Virus record (IMG/VR): IMGVR_UViG_3300045988_170206
Coordinates: 73,845 to 137,844 of that record
Reading direction: 5' to 3' (one strand)
DNA length: 64,000 bases
DNA from: a virus
In this document: in pieces, positions 43,776 to 53,352 of the stretch
Position numbering within the stretch: position 1 is the first letter of the stretch
How the letters are laid out: every line of letters begins with the position of its first letter
Translations under genes and position numbers: made by a program
Notes under the pieces: generated by a model
What the model was told of the DNA's origin: nothing
What the model saw: the letters and a program-made list of their open reading frames with translations, nothing else
Database searches by the model: none

Positions 43776-44123
43776 ATGCTCAAGAAATACCAGGTCACCA
43801 AGATGGTTGACGACACTGACGGGTCCGAAGCCACCCGCACCATCAAGTTCAGCATCGACGGCGCACACTACGAAATCGACCTGTCTGACAAGAACGCGGA
43901 CAAGTTCCGCGAGGCCTTCGCGCCCTACATCGCCAACGGTCGGCGCGTGACCTCACGAAAGTCATCACGCAAGACCGGCAGCGCCAGCACAGGGCGCGCT
44001 CAGCGTCAGAAGACAGCAGAGATCCGCGCCTGGGCCATCAAGAAGGGCTACACGTCATCCACGCGAGGCCGACTTGGCCCGACCATCATTGAAGCCTACG
44101 AGGCCGCACACAAGGACCACTGA
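43776..44123 (+). CDS. lsr2: Lsr2-family nucleoid-associated (H-NS-like) protein
   Basis: VDDTDGSEATRTIKFSIDGAHYEIDLSDKNADKFREAFAPYI...IRAWAIKKGYTSSTRGRLGPTIIEAYEAAH matches both Lsr2 domains. AAAGGAG RBS. Confidence 0.9.
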   Translation: MLKKYQVTKMVDDTDGSEATRTIKFSIDGAHYEIDLSDKNADKFREAFAPYIANGRRVTSRKSSRKTGSASTGRAQRQKTAEIRAWAIKKGYTSSTRGRLGPTIIEAYEAAHKDH

Positions 44124-44153
44124 TACTTAGCAGCTAAGGCAAAGGAAATCATC

Positions 44154-44507
44154 ATGAAGATTGTGTTTGAGGACAACATCATCGTTGACCCGTCTACCAA
44201 CTCCGCCACCCCTCTACCCAACATGACCATTACAGTCGGCTACAAGGACATGCCTGCCGTCGCATCCATCGACATGCGCGGCGAGGTGGACCTGCGCACC
44301 CTCCCGGTGGGGACGTTTATCGTCACTGTGGGGCCGACAAAGGACGTTACCCATGAGGACCGCCAGTACATGAAGTGCAAGCGCTTGTGGCGCGGCTCCG
44401 ACGAAAGCACCTGGGACGACCATTCCCTCGCGGAAGAGCTCACCGAGCAGACGCTCGCAGGCCGTCGAGCCATCGTCCGCGACATCCCCAACTACCCCAT
44501 CTACTAA
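44154..44507 (+). CDS. hypothetical protein
   Basis: 117-aa ORF with an AAAGGAAATC RBS. Confidence 0.7.
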   Translation: MKIVFEDNIIVDPSTNSATPLPNMTITVGYKDMPAVASIDMRGEVDLRTLPVGTFIVTVGPTKDVTHEDRQYMKCKRLWRGSDESTWDDHSLAEELTEQTLAGRRAIVRDIPNYPIY

Positions 44508-44526
44508 GGGAAGCAGGAGAATCGTC

Positions 44527-47340
44527 ATGTATGATCCCGGTGCTCTCACAGAGCTCGCCCTCAAGAACGGCGCGAAGATCAAGCGCAGCGCAGATGAGAT
44601 CGGTAATGCCGTTTTGGCGTCCCCCCAGGCGAAGGTCGCAGAGTTCGACGAACCTGACTACATCCACTTCGAGGTGGAAGAGGGGAGCGACACCATCAGC
44701 GTGACTTTCGGTGCGCGCGTTTCTGCCCCTGTTAGCGTGTACCTTAGTGACACGCCACTTCCCGATGAGGAATCCTGGGTCAGGCTCATGTGCGAAGCAG
44801 CATGGGATACCACTTCAATGCGCATCAAAGAGGGATCCCTTCACATCGATGACAACAAGTTCAACTCCAACGAGGCTGTGGCCGCAAACAGCGAGAGGCT
44901 GACGAAAGAAATCGAGCGGCAGGCTCAGGAGGAGATCGTATTTGATCGCTACCAGGTAGCAGAGCGCCTGAGTGGCAGTCTCCCCCGCGGCGAGATCGTG
45001 TCCCTTTCCTACCCGCATGATGACAGCGGGGAACACGTCGGCGGCTACTTCATGAACTACCTCCATGGCGTTCGTCTAGGCCTTGTGGAAAGGCCTGAGC
45101 CGTGGGTGCAGGCCCTTGTTGACGATCTGCGCACTCAGTGCCGCGCACTGTTCGACGGCGAGGAAACGTACTGCGACCCGACCAACTCGGAAGCCGGGGA
45201 CGGCTCTTTCCCCAACGACCTGTACCCCATCCGCATCAGGATCCGCAACATCCTGCGCGCCGGCATCCGTGGTGACGGCGAATGGGCGGCGTATGCTCCG
45301 CTGATCCGCGCAGTCACCCCCGAGACCGTGCGCAAGCTGTACAGGCTCCCAGAAGAACTCCCGCTGCTGAAGGTGGACGAACTGCCGGTCTCCGCCGAAG
45401 ACACGAAGACCCTAGGAGAACTACTCTCCACCATGGAGCTGATCGAAGTGTCTACGCCCGATCAGGGAAAGCTGGCTGAGCACTACCAGCGTTTGCGGAA
45501 GCTACACGAAGGCTTCACGCACTACGCCGAGCTCGGGGAGCGTCTTGCAGAAGGGGACGCAGGGGAGGATGTGGTTACGCGCATCGCCAACTACAACGAG
45601 CAAGTCAGCTCCGTCGAAGACTGCTCCAACACCATCGCAGACGCACTCAGAGCTGTGGAGCGGACTCTCAAGGTGAACGGCGTTCTCCGTTACCTGTACC
45701 AGGCCCAGGAGAAGCGCGGTAAGGTCAAGCCCCTGCAAGACCTGGACTGCCTCGCGTTAGGCGCATACGTTCAGGACTCGCCCGACGCAGACTCCTTGGG
45801 AAGGGTCCATGGTGGGAAACCTCTAAGTGAACTGAACACGTTCTTCACGTATGAACAGGATTTCGCTGAAGCTGAGAGTGAGCGTGTGTACAGCGACAAC
45901 GCTGACTTCCTTGCGCGCTATTTCCCGTTTCCGGTTATCGCAAACATTCCAGGTATTCGAGCATGGAATAGCCTGAACAGTATTAGCAACGAAAGGCTGG
46001 CTGCCCTAACCATCAGCGCGCTAACGCATAATCGAAAGCCGTGGTCGAAGGACGCGCATCGTGCTCTAATGACGGCTTTTGTAACTGCGGGAACCTATGA
46101 CATGTCATACGTAGAGTCTCGTGGTGCAGAGGAATTGTCAGCGGTTGCACCCCATCATGAGGTACTGGCTCCGCTGGTCGATGCAGCCAAAACGCTGTAT
46201 AAGGATCTGCACAAGACGTACATGCTCCCGCATAGCGATGAAAACACTGTCTATGAAGTTGCTCAAACATTCATTGACGACATTAACGCCATCTTGCCGC
46301 TTCTTGACAGCTTGTATGAGCTAAATAAGCAGTGGCTTGCCGTCAAAAACCACCTGCTGCGCGACGGCAGCACAATGGATAAGGAATACGAGCAGGAGAG
46401 GCAGGACCGCGCTCAAGTCGTAGACCTCCTTATGAAGAAGCTGGGCCTTGCAGATGCGGACCTGGAACGTGTTGGCCTAAGCCAGCAGCTTCTTCTTGGG
46501 GAGAGCGAAGCACTCTCTGAGTTCCTGGTGAAGAAAGCACTTATCCAGGTTTCATGGGTGAACTACCAGTTCATGCGGCCAGAGTATTGGGACGGTAGTC
46601 TCCATAGTGCCCGCAATGCGTCACATAAGGGGCTATTCAGAATTGCGGCCCCCGTGTCGATGATTGGGGCGCGTCATGGTGGAGTGCAGGGCATCGTAGT
46701 GGCAGAACTTATCCGAGCGTTTGGCTACTCAAATCACTCTCGACGCGATGTCGTTTTTACGAAAGAAGAATCAGAGATGGTTCTTGACTACGTTCGTAAC
46801 GGCGACATTCAATCAGAGGTCCCCGTCGCTTGGGGAACTCAAGCATCCTACGCTAACGCTTTTAGCCCTCTCTCACGCAAAGTATGGAAGCCCAGCCTAC
46901 TAGCTAAGGTAGAGGATCAGGCCGCACTCATTAGAGGCTTGTTTACGAAGCTAGACAGTGACGGCCATATCATCATCAGCCAGATGATTGCACCTGATAT
47001 GGATGATGCGAGTGCAGCAGATGAGCGTGCACGCTTGGCACACGAACTCGAATCACACTGGGTATATAACGCCGGCTACTACGGTTGCATTGGCATAGAG
47101 AGCGCGCTCATCGCAGTTGGCGGAACGAGCAAGGGTGACACAAGCGTGTGGAACGGAGAAGTAATTCCACACTTCCGAGGAACAATCGGCGACCTGTTTG
47201 ACCTTGACGAAAACGGATACGTGAAGCTCTCCTCGTACAAAAAGGCACAGCTCGTTGGAGGCGACCCACGGACACAATGCACGTATTGGCGGTTGGAGCG
47301 CGGGTTCCAATACGACTTCGTGAGTAGCTACAGGAGATAG
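44527..47340 (+). CDS. large (937 aa) hypothetical protein
   Basis: Single uninterrupted ORF with an AGGAGAATC RBS. No catalytic motif recognised. The 3' half is AT-richer. Confidence 0.8.
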   Translation: MYDPGALTELALKNGAKIKRSADEIGNAVLASPQAKVAEFDEPDYIHFEVEEGSDTISVTFGARVSAPVSVYLSDTPLPDEESWVRLMCEAAWDTTSMRIKEGSLHIDDNKFNSNEAVAANSERLTKEIERQAQEEIVFDRYQVAERLSGSLPRGEIVSLSYPHDDSGEHVGGYFMNYLHGVRLGLVERPEPWVQALVDDLRTQCRALFDGEETYCDPTNSEAGDGSFPNDLYPIRIRIRNILRAGIRGDGEWAAYAPLIRAVTPETVRKLYRLPEELPLLKVDELPVSAEDTKTLGELLSTMELIEVSTPDQGKLAEHYQRLRKLHEGFTHYAELGERLAEGDAGEDVVTRIANYNEQVSSVEDCSNTIADALRAVERTLKVNGVLRYLYQAQEKRGKVKPLQDLDCLALGAYVQDSPDADSLGRVHGGKPLSELNTFFTYEQDFAEAESERVYSDNADFLARYFPFPVIANIPGIRAWNSLNSISNERLAALTISALTHNRKPWSKDAHRALMTAFVTAGTYDMSYVESRGAEELSAVAPHHEVLAPLVDAAKTLYKDLHKTYMLPHSDENTVYEVAQTFIDDINAILPLLDSLYELNKQWLAVKNHLLRDGSTMDKEYEQERQDRAQVVDLLMKKLGLADADLERVGLSQQLLLGESEALSEFLVKKALIQVSWVNYQFMRPEYWDGSLHSARNASHKGLFRIAAPVSMIGARHGGVQGIVVAELIRAFGYSNHSRRDVVFTKEESEMVLDYVRNGDIQSEVPVAWGTQASYANAFSPLSRKVWKPSLLAKVEDQAALIRGLFTKLDSDGHIIISQMIAPDMDDASAADERARLAHELESHWVYNAGYYGCIGIESALIAVGGTSKGDTSVWNGEVIPHFRGTIGDLFDLDENGYVKLSSYKKAQLVGGDPRTQCTYWRLERGFQYDFVSSYRR

Positions 47341-47374
47341 GCGGAAGATCGCCAGTTGATCGTGCCCTCGCGAA

Positions 47375-47408
47375 GGGGAGGGGTCTACTTTCGGGTAGAT
47401 CCCTCCCC
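47375..47408. terminator. bidirectional hairpin between convergent genes
   Basis: GGGGAGGGGTCTAC (47375-47388) pairs with GTAGATCCCTCCCC (47395-47408). Confidence 0.65.
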
Positions 47409-47449
47409 TCTGCTGTGTGCGGGGCTTAGTTCAGCTCACCGTAGTGCCG

Positions 47450-48673
47450 TCAGTCGGCGAGAAGGTGGTAGATGAGTGAGGGGCACGTGTAGGGCGTTGC
47501 TCCGAATCGCCCCTCGAGGTAGTTCTTGGTGATGTTGCTCCCTGACTGTAGGCCGGTGAAGTCGGAGAGCTGGTAGAGCGTGGTGGCCTGGGCGCTGTTC
47601 TTCTCTGTGAACCAGATGCGCTCACGGTTATGGATGGGGCCGCGGCCAATGTCCATGAGTGCGATGTCGTTGGTCGTGAAGATGAGCTGGGCTCCCGTCT
47701 GGTTGGCGGTGAAGGCGGTGAACCAGTTGATGATGATGCGACCAAGCTCCGTGTGGAGGGAAGCCGTCAGATCATCCACAACGAGCACCTGTCCGCTAGT
47801 GAGCGCGTCAACGGCTGCGGCGGCGAGCGCCAGCCACATGATGCTCCCCGAAGATGCTGAGAGTGCCGTGTGGGGGACTGTGTGCTCCCCGTAATGGAAC
47901 TCGAGGAGGTGGGGGAGAGCCTTCGCGAGCGTGACCTCCGCAGCCTCTCTGTCTGCGGGCGTATGGTGTGTGGAGCGCGCTGGCCGCTGGGGGGTGCGCA
48001 GCTCAATGCTCGTAGTGCCAAGGTCTGCAACCTGAGCGAGCGCGCTCAGGGCCGTCGTGTCGAGGCGGCGCGACAGAAGGTGCCTGGCGATATGCAGGTA
48101 TGCGTCCTCCATCGAGGGAACGCCGACACGGAAGACCTTGACCCCAGTCGTGAGCGCGTCGCGGACGGGCTTCACCTGCGGGTCGCCCATGAGGGACGCT
48201 CGAGTGAGAACCAGTTCGTTCACGTTGACATGGGGGAGGCCTTTCAGGCCGGTCACAGCCCCGTGTATGTCGCGCGAGTAGATGGTGTTCCACCGCTTGC
48301 GGGCAACGCGCAGGTGCTCCCCTGCAACGCCGTCTGCGTTCCGAGACAGGCTGTACTCGTAGCGCATGTTATCGAGGATGAACTCGATGCTGTAGCAGGT
48401 GGGCTTCGATGCGTCGTAGGGCCTGTAGGGGAGCGCGTTCGCCCCCAGGGGCAGGAGGGTAGTGATCGCACTCTTCATGTGGTGGAAGGCTTCTAGGATG
48501 TTCGTTTTCCCAGAGCCGTTGGGACCGTAGATGCCTGCGAGGCGGTGCAGGTAGTCGCCCCACTGAGTGCCTCCTGGCGGATTGAGGGTGCGTATTGCCG
48601 ATAGGGCGAGGTTGAGGGTGGCCTCATCCCTGATCGACTTGTGATTGCTAATTGTGATGTTGAGCAGTTGCAT
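47450..48673 (-). CDS. AAA_21/ABC-type P-loop ATPase (stand-alone, minus strand)
   Basis: Start at the ATG at 48673 (MQLLNITISNHKSIRD). Walker A GPNGSGKTN, Walker B/D-loop-like VLVVDDLTASLH, QLIFTTN. Confidence 0.8.
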   Translation of the reverse strand: MQLLNITISNHKSIRDEATLNLALSAIRTLNPPGGTQWGDYLHRLAGIYGPNGSGKTNILEAFHHMKSAITTLLPLGANALPYRPYDASKPTCYSIEFILDNMRYEYSLSRNADGVAGEHLRVARKRWNTIYSRDIHGAVTGLKGLPHVNVNELVLTRASLMGDPQVKPVRDALTTGVKVFRVGVPSMEDAYLHIARHLLSRRLDTTALSALAQVADLGTTSIELRTPQRPARSTHHTPADREAAEVTLAKALPHLLEFHYGEHTVPHTALSASSGSIMWLALAAAAVDALTSGQVLVVDDLTASLHTELGRIIINWFTAFTANQTGAQLIFTTNDIALMDIGRGPIHNRERIWFTEKNSAQATTLYQLSDFTGLQSGSNITKNYLEGRFGATPYTCPSLIYHLLAD

Positions 48674-48694
48674 ACCCACAAAGTAACACACATA

Positions 48695-48729
48695 GGCGCA
48701 TTTATGATATTTTTTATCACGAACGCGCC
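48695..48729. promoter_or_regulatory. palindromic operator-like sequence in a divergent promoter region
   Basis: GGCGCATTTATGATATTTTTTATCACGAACGCGCC, with TGATA/TATCA and GGCGC/GCGCC arms. Confidence 0.4.
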
Positions 48730-48763
48730 GAACAGTGCTCCAAACCGAGAAAGCGAGACCGCC

Positions 48764-49363
48764 ATGAAGGAAGTCCAATACATCCCACTTGGGGATATTT
48801 GGCCACAAAACCTATCCAAAGAAACACAGCAGGCGATTCGACACACCGGGTATCTTGCAGACCTAAAGCCGGACCACCCAGCCTTCACACAGGATACGAA
48901 TAGCTACACCATCTTCGCGCAGACGCGCCGCCGCACATGTCCAACCCCCGAGCTCCAGTACCACTGGGACAAAACCCGGCGCTTCCTGGAAGGAGTCCTC
49001 CGCATGAAGAGCGTGGACATCTTCCCCGTGGCCTACTGGGCATGGCAGACCTCCCTGTGGATAAAGGACGCGCAAGATGACTTCACGCGCCAAATGCACG
49101 AGCGCAGCGGCGTGCTCGTCGCCCCCGACGACGGGACCGTCGTCGGCTACACGATGTGTATGCCAGTCAACTCCACCTCCGGCACACAGTGGAGTGAATC
49201 CGTGCTCAGGCCCGACACATGCGAAGCCTACGGTCTCGACGCTGACAAGCCCATCCCGGTGGGGAACGGCTACTGGTTCGTACACCCCGCCATCATGTAC
49301 GGCCAGCAGATCGCGCACGTCCGCTACGTCAACGTCGGTATGGGGGATGCCATCAACTCGTAA
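48764..49363 (+). CDS. hypothetical protein
   Basis: ATG at 48764. 199 aa. Precedes the ImmA-like gene by 5 nt. Confidence 0.65.
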   Translation: MKEVQYIPLGDIWPQNLSKETQQAIRHTGYLADLKPDHPAFTQDTNSYTIFAQTRRRTCPTPELQYHWDKTRRFLEGVLRMKSVDIFPVAYWAWQTSLWIKDAQDDFTRQMHERSGVLVAPDDGTVVGYTMCMPVNSTSGTQWSESVLRPDTCEAYGLDADKPIPVGNGYWFVHPAIMYGQQIAHVRYVNVGMGDAINS

Positions 49364-49368
49364 CGAAG

Positions 49369-50181
49369 ATGCGCCCAGACGAAGCAAACGAGATCCCTGT
49401 CGAAGCGACGAGCTTGCCCCTGTCGCTTCCTGCTCATGTGCGCGCCGTCGCCCTCGAGTATGCCTACGTGGGCGTGAGGCTCAGCAAGCATCTCAACCAA
49501 TATGCAGGGTTTCCGCAACCTCAATCCCTGGATGTGGCAGACGTTGCGCTTGATCCGTCACATGCAGCGGAGCTCCTGCGCGCTGAATGGGGGCTTTCTG
49601 ACAGGCCAGTCCACAGCATGATGCGCCTCCTCGAAACGGTGGGAGTGCGTGTCTTCTCTCTCGGACAGGGGCAAGCAGAGGTCAGCACGTTCTCCTTCAT
49701 GTGGGAGGGGGTGCCTTACGTGTTCCTGCAAACAGGGTGGGATGCTGTAGCGCAGCGTTTTTCCCTCGCGAGCGAGCTAGGGCACCTCGCCATGCACGCC
49801 ATCGACACTGAACCAGTTGGCACGCTGCGCAGGATTGAAGAGGCTAAGGACTTCGGGAGAGCGTTCCTCATGCCACCGTGCGCACTCTATGCCCACGGGA
49901 GCACCTGGACATCGCACGATGTCATCAACGCTTCCGTCATGTACGGAGCGCCTACAGGGGAACTGCTCTGCCACCTGTACGCTCTCGGTGTCATCAGCCT
50001 TCACCAAAAGACTGAGGTCGCCGCCGACATCAAAGGTGATCGCCCTAGCTGTCCTGTTGAAAGGTCGGAGCATCTACAGCGCATCAGACTCCACGCGCTA
50101 CGCGAAGCTGCCAGCAAGACCGGCATCAACGTCGCAACAGCATCCGAGTACCTGCGCGACCTGACCATCCGATCCGTATAA
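49369..50181 (+). CDS. ImmA/IrrE-like (DUF955) metallopeptidase-fold protein, HExxH degenerate (SELGH)
   Basis: FSLASELGHLAMHAI...AKDFGRAFLMP resembles the ImmA/IrrE core, but the first His of HExxH is Ser. Confidence 0.6.
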   Translation: MRPDEANEIPVEATSLPLSLPAHVRAVALEYAYVGVRLSKHLNQYAGFPQPQSLDVADVALDPSHAAELLRAEWGLSDRPVHSMMRLLETVGVRVFSLGQGQAEVSTFSFMWEGVPYVFLQTGWDAVAQRFSLASELGHLAMHAIDTEPVGTLRRIEEAKDFGRAFLMPPCALYAHGSTWTSHDVINASVMYGAPTGELLCHLYALGVISLHQKTEVAADIKGDRPSCPVERSEHLQRIRLHALREAASKTGINVATASEYLRDLTIRSV

Positions 50182-50246
50182 CCAACTGGCATGAGCCCCT
50201 AGCGGCACTCTGCCCCTATAGGCACAATCATCCAGAGAGGAACACC

Positions 50247-51500
50247 ATGAGGACATTCTTCATCGTCCGAGGAGCGCCCGGTATCGGCAAGAGCACCTTC
50301 CTCAGCCTCTACCAGGCCCGCGGCCAAGTCGTCTCCCTCGACGGGATCCGCGACGTGTTCGCCATGCCCATCCCCGACTGGGACGGCGTTCCCGGAAGGT
50401 CCATCTGTGGGGACACTGAGGGGACGATCTCCCGCGTCCTCGAGTCCGCCCTGCGGTCACGCTTCGAGCAGGGTGGCGACGTGTTCTTCGACGCGACCAA
50501 CCCGGAGCTGCAACAGTTCAAGCACCTCGCCGACATGTCCCGAGCCTACGGCTACCAGGTCGCTGTCATCGACATGCAAGGGAACGCCACCGACGACATG
50601 ATCCTCGCGCAGAACGCGAAGCGCGCGGGCAGCGTCACCTACGTCCCCGAAGAAGACGTTCTCAGGATCTCAACGCGAGTCCGTGAGGGCACCCGCGAGT
50701 GCCGCCGGTACGCGGGACGTGGCATGTGGGTGTCCGCCCAGTGGGAAGAACGTGACTGTGGGCTGCACCTGGTCAACCTCGATGCCATGCGCGACTTCGT
50801 GCGCTCCACCATCGACGGGCGCTACGTCAAGACGATCACCCCGAAAGCGGGGGAGCGTGTCGTCATTGTCGGGAGCGCCTACGGTGGTGCTCAGCCACTC
50901 AGCGCAACGCTCATGGAAGCCTGGGACGCGACCAAGGATGCGCGCGCCGTGACGTGGGTGTTCCTCGGAGATGCGCTCGCATCCAGCCCGCACGTCACCC
51001 AGGCGTGGAAGATCCTCAAGTACTTCGAGACCCAAGCCAAGCAACACGGCCACACCGTCATCTTCCTTGAAGGGATCGACGAGACTATCCTGCGTGAAAT
51101 CCTCACCCGCGCCGCCAGCTCCCACGCATTCCCTGACGCTCGAGAAGTCATCGACGCAATCACCCGAACGGGAACCCAGAAACGCGACCTCCTGCGTCAC
51201 CTGAACAACCTCACCTGCGCGCTCACCATCCACACGGAAAGCGGAACCTGCTACGTCACCACCGGCGGCACCGCAAACCAGGACCGCACTCTCACCGCCC
51301 TCGAGTGCACCAACGGCGCAAACGACCGCACCAGCACCTACCGTAGGAAGACCAACTACGAGGACTACCCTGAACCCCTCAGTGAGGCAGCGGCCCGCGC
51401 CGACATTACGATCATCCACGGCCACAGGAACACACCTCACGACATGCCCCGAGTCGTCGCCGTCGAAACCGGGAAGGCCCCCGGTTACGTGATCCTCTGA
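50247..51500 (+). CDS. P-loop kinase (polynucleotide-kinase/AAA_33-like) fused to a degenerate calcineurin-like phosphoesterase domain
   Basis: FFIVRGAPGIGKSTF, VSLDGIR and FFDATN fit a kinase. The C-terminal half has VIVGSAYGG / FLGDALASSP / FLEGIDE / IIHGHRN in the positions of the GDxHG / GDxxDRG / GNHE / H motifs. Confidence 0.65.
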   Translation: MRTFFIVRGAPGIGKSTFLSLYQARGQVVSLDGIRDVFAMPIPDWDGVPGRSICGDTEGTISRVLESALRSRFEQGGDVFFDATNPELQQFKHLADMSRAYGYQVAVIDMQGNATDDMILAQNAKRAGSVTYVPEEDVLRISTRVREGTRECRRYAGRGMWVSAQWEERDCGLHLVNLDAMRDFVRSTIDGRYVKTITPKAGERVVIVGSAYGGAQPLSATLMEAWDATKDARAVTWVFLGDALASSPHVTQAWKILKYFETQAKQHGHTVIFLEGIDETILREILTRAASSHAFPDAREVIDAITRTGTQKRDLLRHLNNLTCALTIHTESGTCYVTTGGTANQDRTLTALECTNGANDRTSTYRRKTNYEDYPEPLSEAAARADITIIHGHRNTPHDMPRVVAVETGKAPGYVIL

Positions 51501-51556
51501 CCGCCCATCAACACTCGCAGACCACAACCGCTTTCACGACGAAAGGAACACCCCTC

Positions 51557-53278
51557 ATGGGACAACGAGGCGTACACGCCACCATCACTCAAGACAAGAG
51601 CACCGGCCTCATCACCGTCAACCACGTGACGGTCCAATGGAGCTTGAACATTGCTGGCATCATCCAGTTCGCCCTACAGCACGCGGGCAAGGACGGCTAC
51701 ACCCAGGACGAGTTCCTGAAACTCCTCAAAAAGACCGTCGCTGACATGGAGCACATCGGCGCTTTCAACATGGTCGACGAGGACTACGAGTACTACGCCG
51801 ACCGTGGACCCATGGAGGGGTACTGCTTCGTCGCCCACAACCATGAGGACGGGAAAGAGTATCTTCTTGGCATCGACAAGAGGGGCGGCGGTCTCCTAGC
51901 GAGCTACACGGAGCCTGAACGCTCCTCAATTCCTCGCGCGTTCGCCAAACGTAAGGCCGCTGAAAAGTTCATCAAGGAACACGGCCACGCTCAGGATGCG
52001 GTGTCATACCTGTGGGATCTGGACACTAACCAGTTCACGTTCTTCACCAACTGGGGGGCTCTCGAGGCCTACGACTTCGCAACCGGCGAGACCGTCGCCT
52101 GCAAGGAGATCACCTACAGTCTCGACCAACTGCGCCACCCAAACGCATCAGTCGAATACGACGGCAACGCATCATCCAAGCGTGTCATCCGCCTCTACAA
52201 AGGCGCACTCCCCGAAGTAGTCCCCGCTGAGGAGGAGAGCGAGTCCGACATTGCTCTACGCGCAAGCAAGCGCCTCCCCCTCCGGTGGCCAGGCGGCGAC
52301 ACTCCCACCCACGCTCGTGTCGCACTGCTGAATCGCAGCTCAGCCCAATACGTTGCCGTTGTGTGTGCCGAAGGCAAGGAGTTCCCCGTGAATCTCCTGA
52401 CCGTCGATCAGACGCTCGAGGGTAGGGTCATTGACCGCAACCCCTTCGTGTACGACCCTCACGTCGAAAACGAAGCGCAGCCCGCCTACGTCGTCACCGA
52501 CTTCTCCGGCAACCCCCAGATCGGAAGCGGCGAATGGGAGTTCTCCAAGATCAGCGCCAAGACCGGGCGCGCGGACCTGTCCCGCACCTACAAGGTCACC
52601 GGCAACCTGGAAGAGAACACCCTCGATGAGCTGTTCAACAAGGCCGTCCAGGGTGGGGCTCACAAGCCAGACGCATACTACGGGCGTAAGCCTGCGTGGC
52701 TGGCAGACCTCATCCGTGACGTGAGCACTGGCTCGTGGACTCTTGGCGACGTTGAGTACTGGTCGAAGCGCTGCGACGTGCCCTTCGACTACGAGATGCA
52801 GATGCCCGACATCCCAGCGGGCCTACAAGAATCGTTCGAGCAGAGCGCCCTGAAGTATGCCGACGCGATGGACACCAACCTCGTTGCGTTCCCGAAGGGC
52901 ACGCCCGTCAAGAAGCGCCTCAACGAGATTCAGCGACGCTGGCTCCTCGGCCTCGCTGGCCGTCCAGTCGTGCCCGACGAGATCGAACTGTCTCCCATCG
53001 CGGACGGAAAGCTCATTGAGGCCTACCTGAAGCCCTGGGACCGCTCCCTCGTCATCCCCATGGGGGATGCGCTCGACAAGCTCGTCTACCGTGCCCTAGC
53101 GGCAGCAGTCTACGACTACGCGGACAACCGCAACGCCCCACTGACGAACCTGCGCCTCACCGCAAAGGACAGCGAGGTCATCATGTGTGCCGCGTTCTCC
53201 CCCGCATGGTCAACAAGTAAGCGCCTCAACAACCGACAGGCCGTCATCAAGTTGAGCGACTGGATCGCGAAGCACTGA
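51557..53278 (+). CDS. hypothetical protein, tandem paralog family B, copy 1
   Basis: 573 aa. Extensive similarity to 53353..55101 (TGLI.V...TV, ALQHA.KDGY...FLK.LKKT, SFLWDLD..QFTFF, LEAYDF, NPFVY, ALDK.VYRA). Confidence 0.85.
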   Translation: MGQRGVHATITQDKSTGLITVNHVTVQWSLNIAGIIQFALQHAGKDGYTQDEFLKLLKKTVADMEHIGAFNMVDEDYEYYADRGPMEGYCFVAHNHEDGKEYLLGIDKRGGGLLASYTEPERSSIPRAFAKRKAAEKFIKEHGHAQDAVSYLWDLDTNQFTFFTNWGALEAYDFATGETVACKEITYSLDQLRHPNASVEYDGNASSKRVIRLYKGALPEVVPAEEESESDIALRASKRLPLRWPGGDTPTHARVALLNRSSAQYVAVVCAEGKEFPVNLLTVDQTLEGRVIDRNPFVYDPHVENEAQPAYVVTDFSGNPQIGSGEWEFSKISAKTGRADLSRTYKVTGNLEENTLDELFNKAVQGGAHKPDAYYGRKPAWLADLIRDVSTGSWTLGDVEYWSKRCDVPFDYEMQMPDIPAGLQESFEQSALKYADAMDTNLVAFPKGTPVKKRLNEIQRRWLLGLAGRPVVPDEIELSPIADGKLIEAYLKPWDRSLVIPMGDALDKLVYRALAAAVYDYADNRNAPLTNLRLTAKDSEVIMCAAFSPAWSTSKRLNNRQAVIKLSDWIAKH

Positions 53279-53287
53279 CCCAAACGA

Positions 53288-53321
53288 GCCTCGGCCACGA
53301 CACAAAAACCGTGGCCGAGGC
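53288..53321 (+). terminator. 12-bp GC-rich hairpin after family B copy 1
   Basis: GCCTCGGCCACG pairs with CGTGGCCGAGGC. No T tract. Confidence 0.4.
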
Positions 53322-53352
53322 TCACCACATCCCCAGCCAGGAAGGCCCCATA

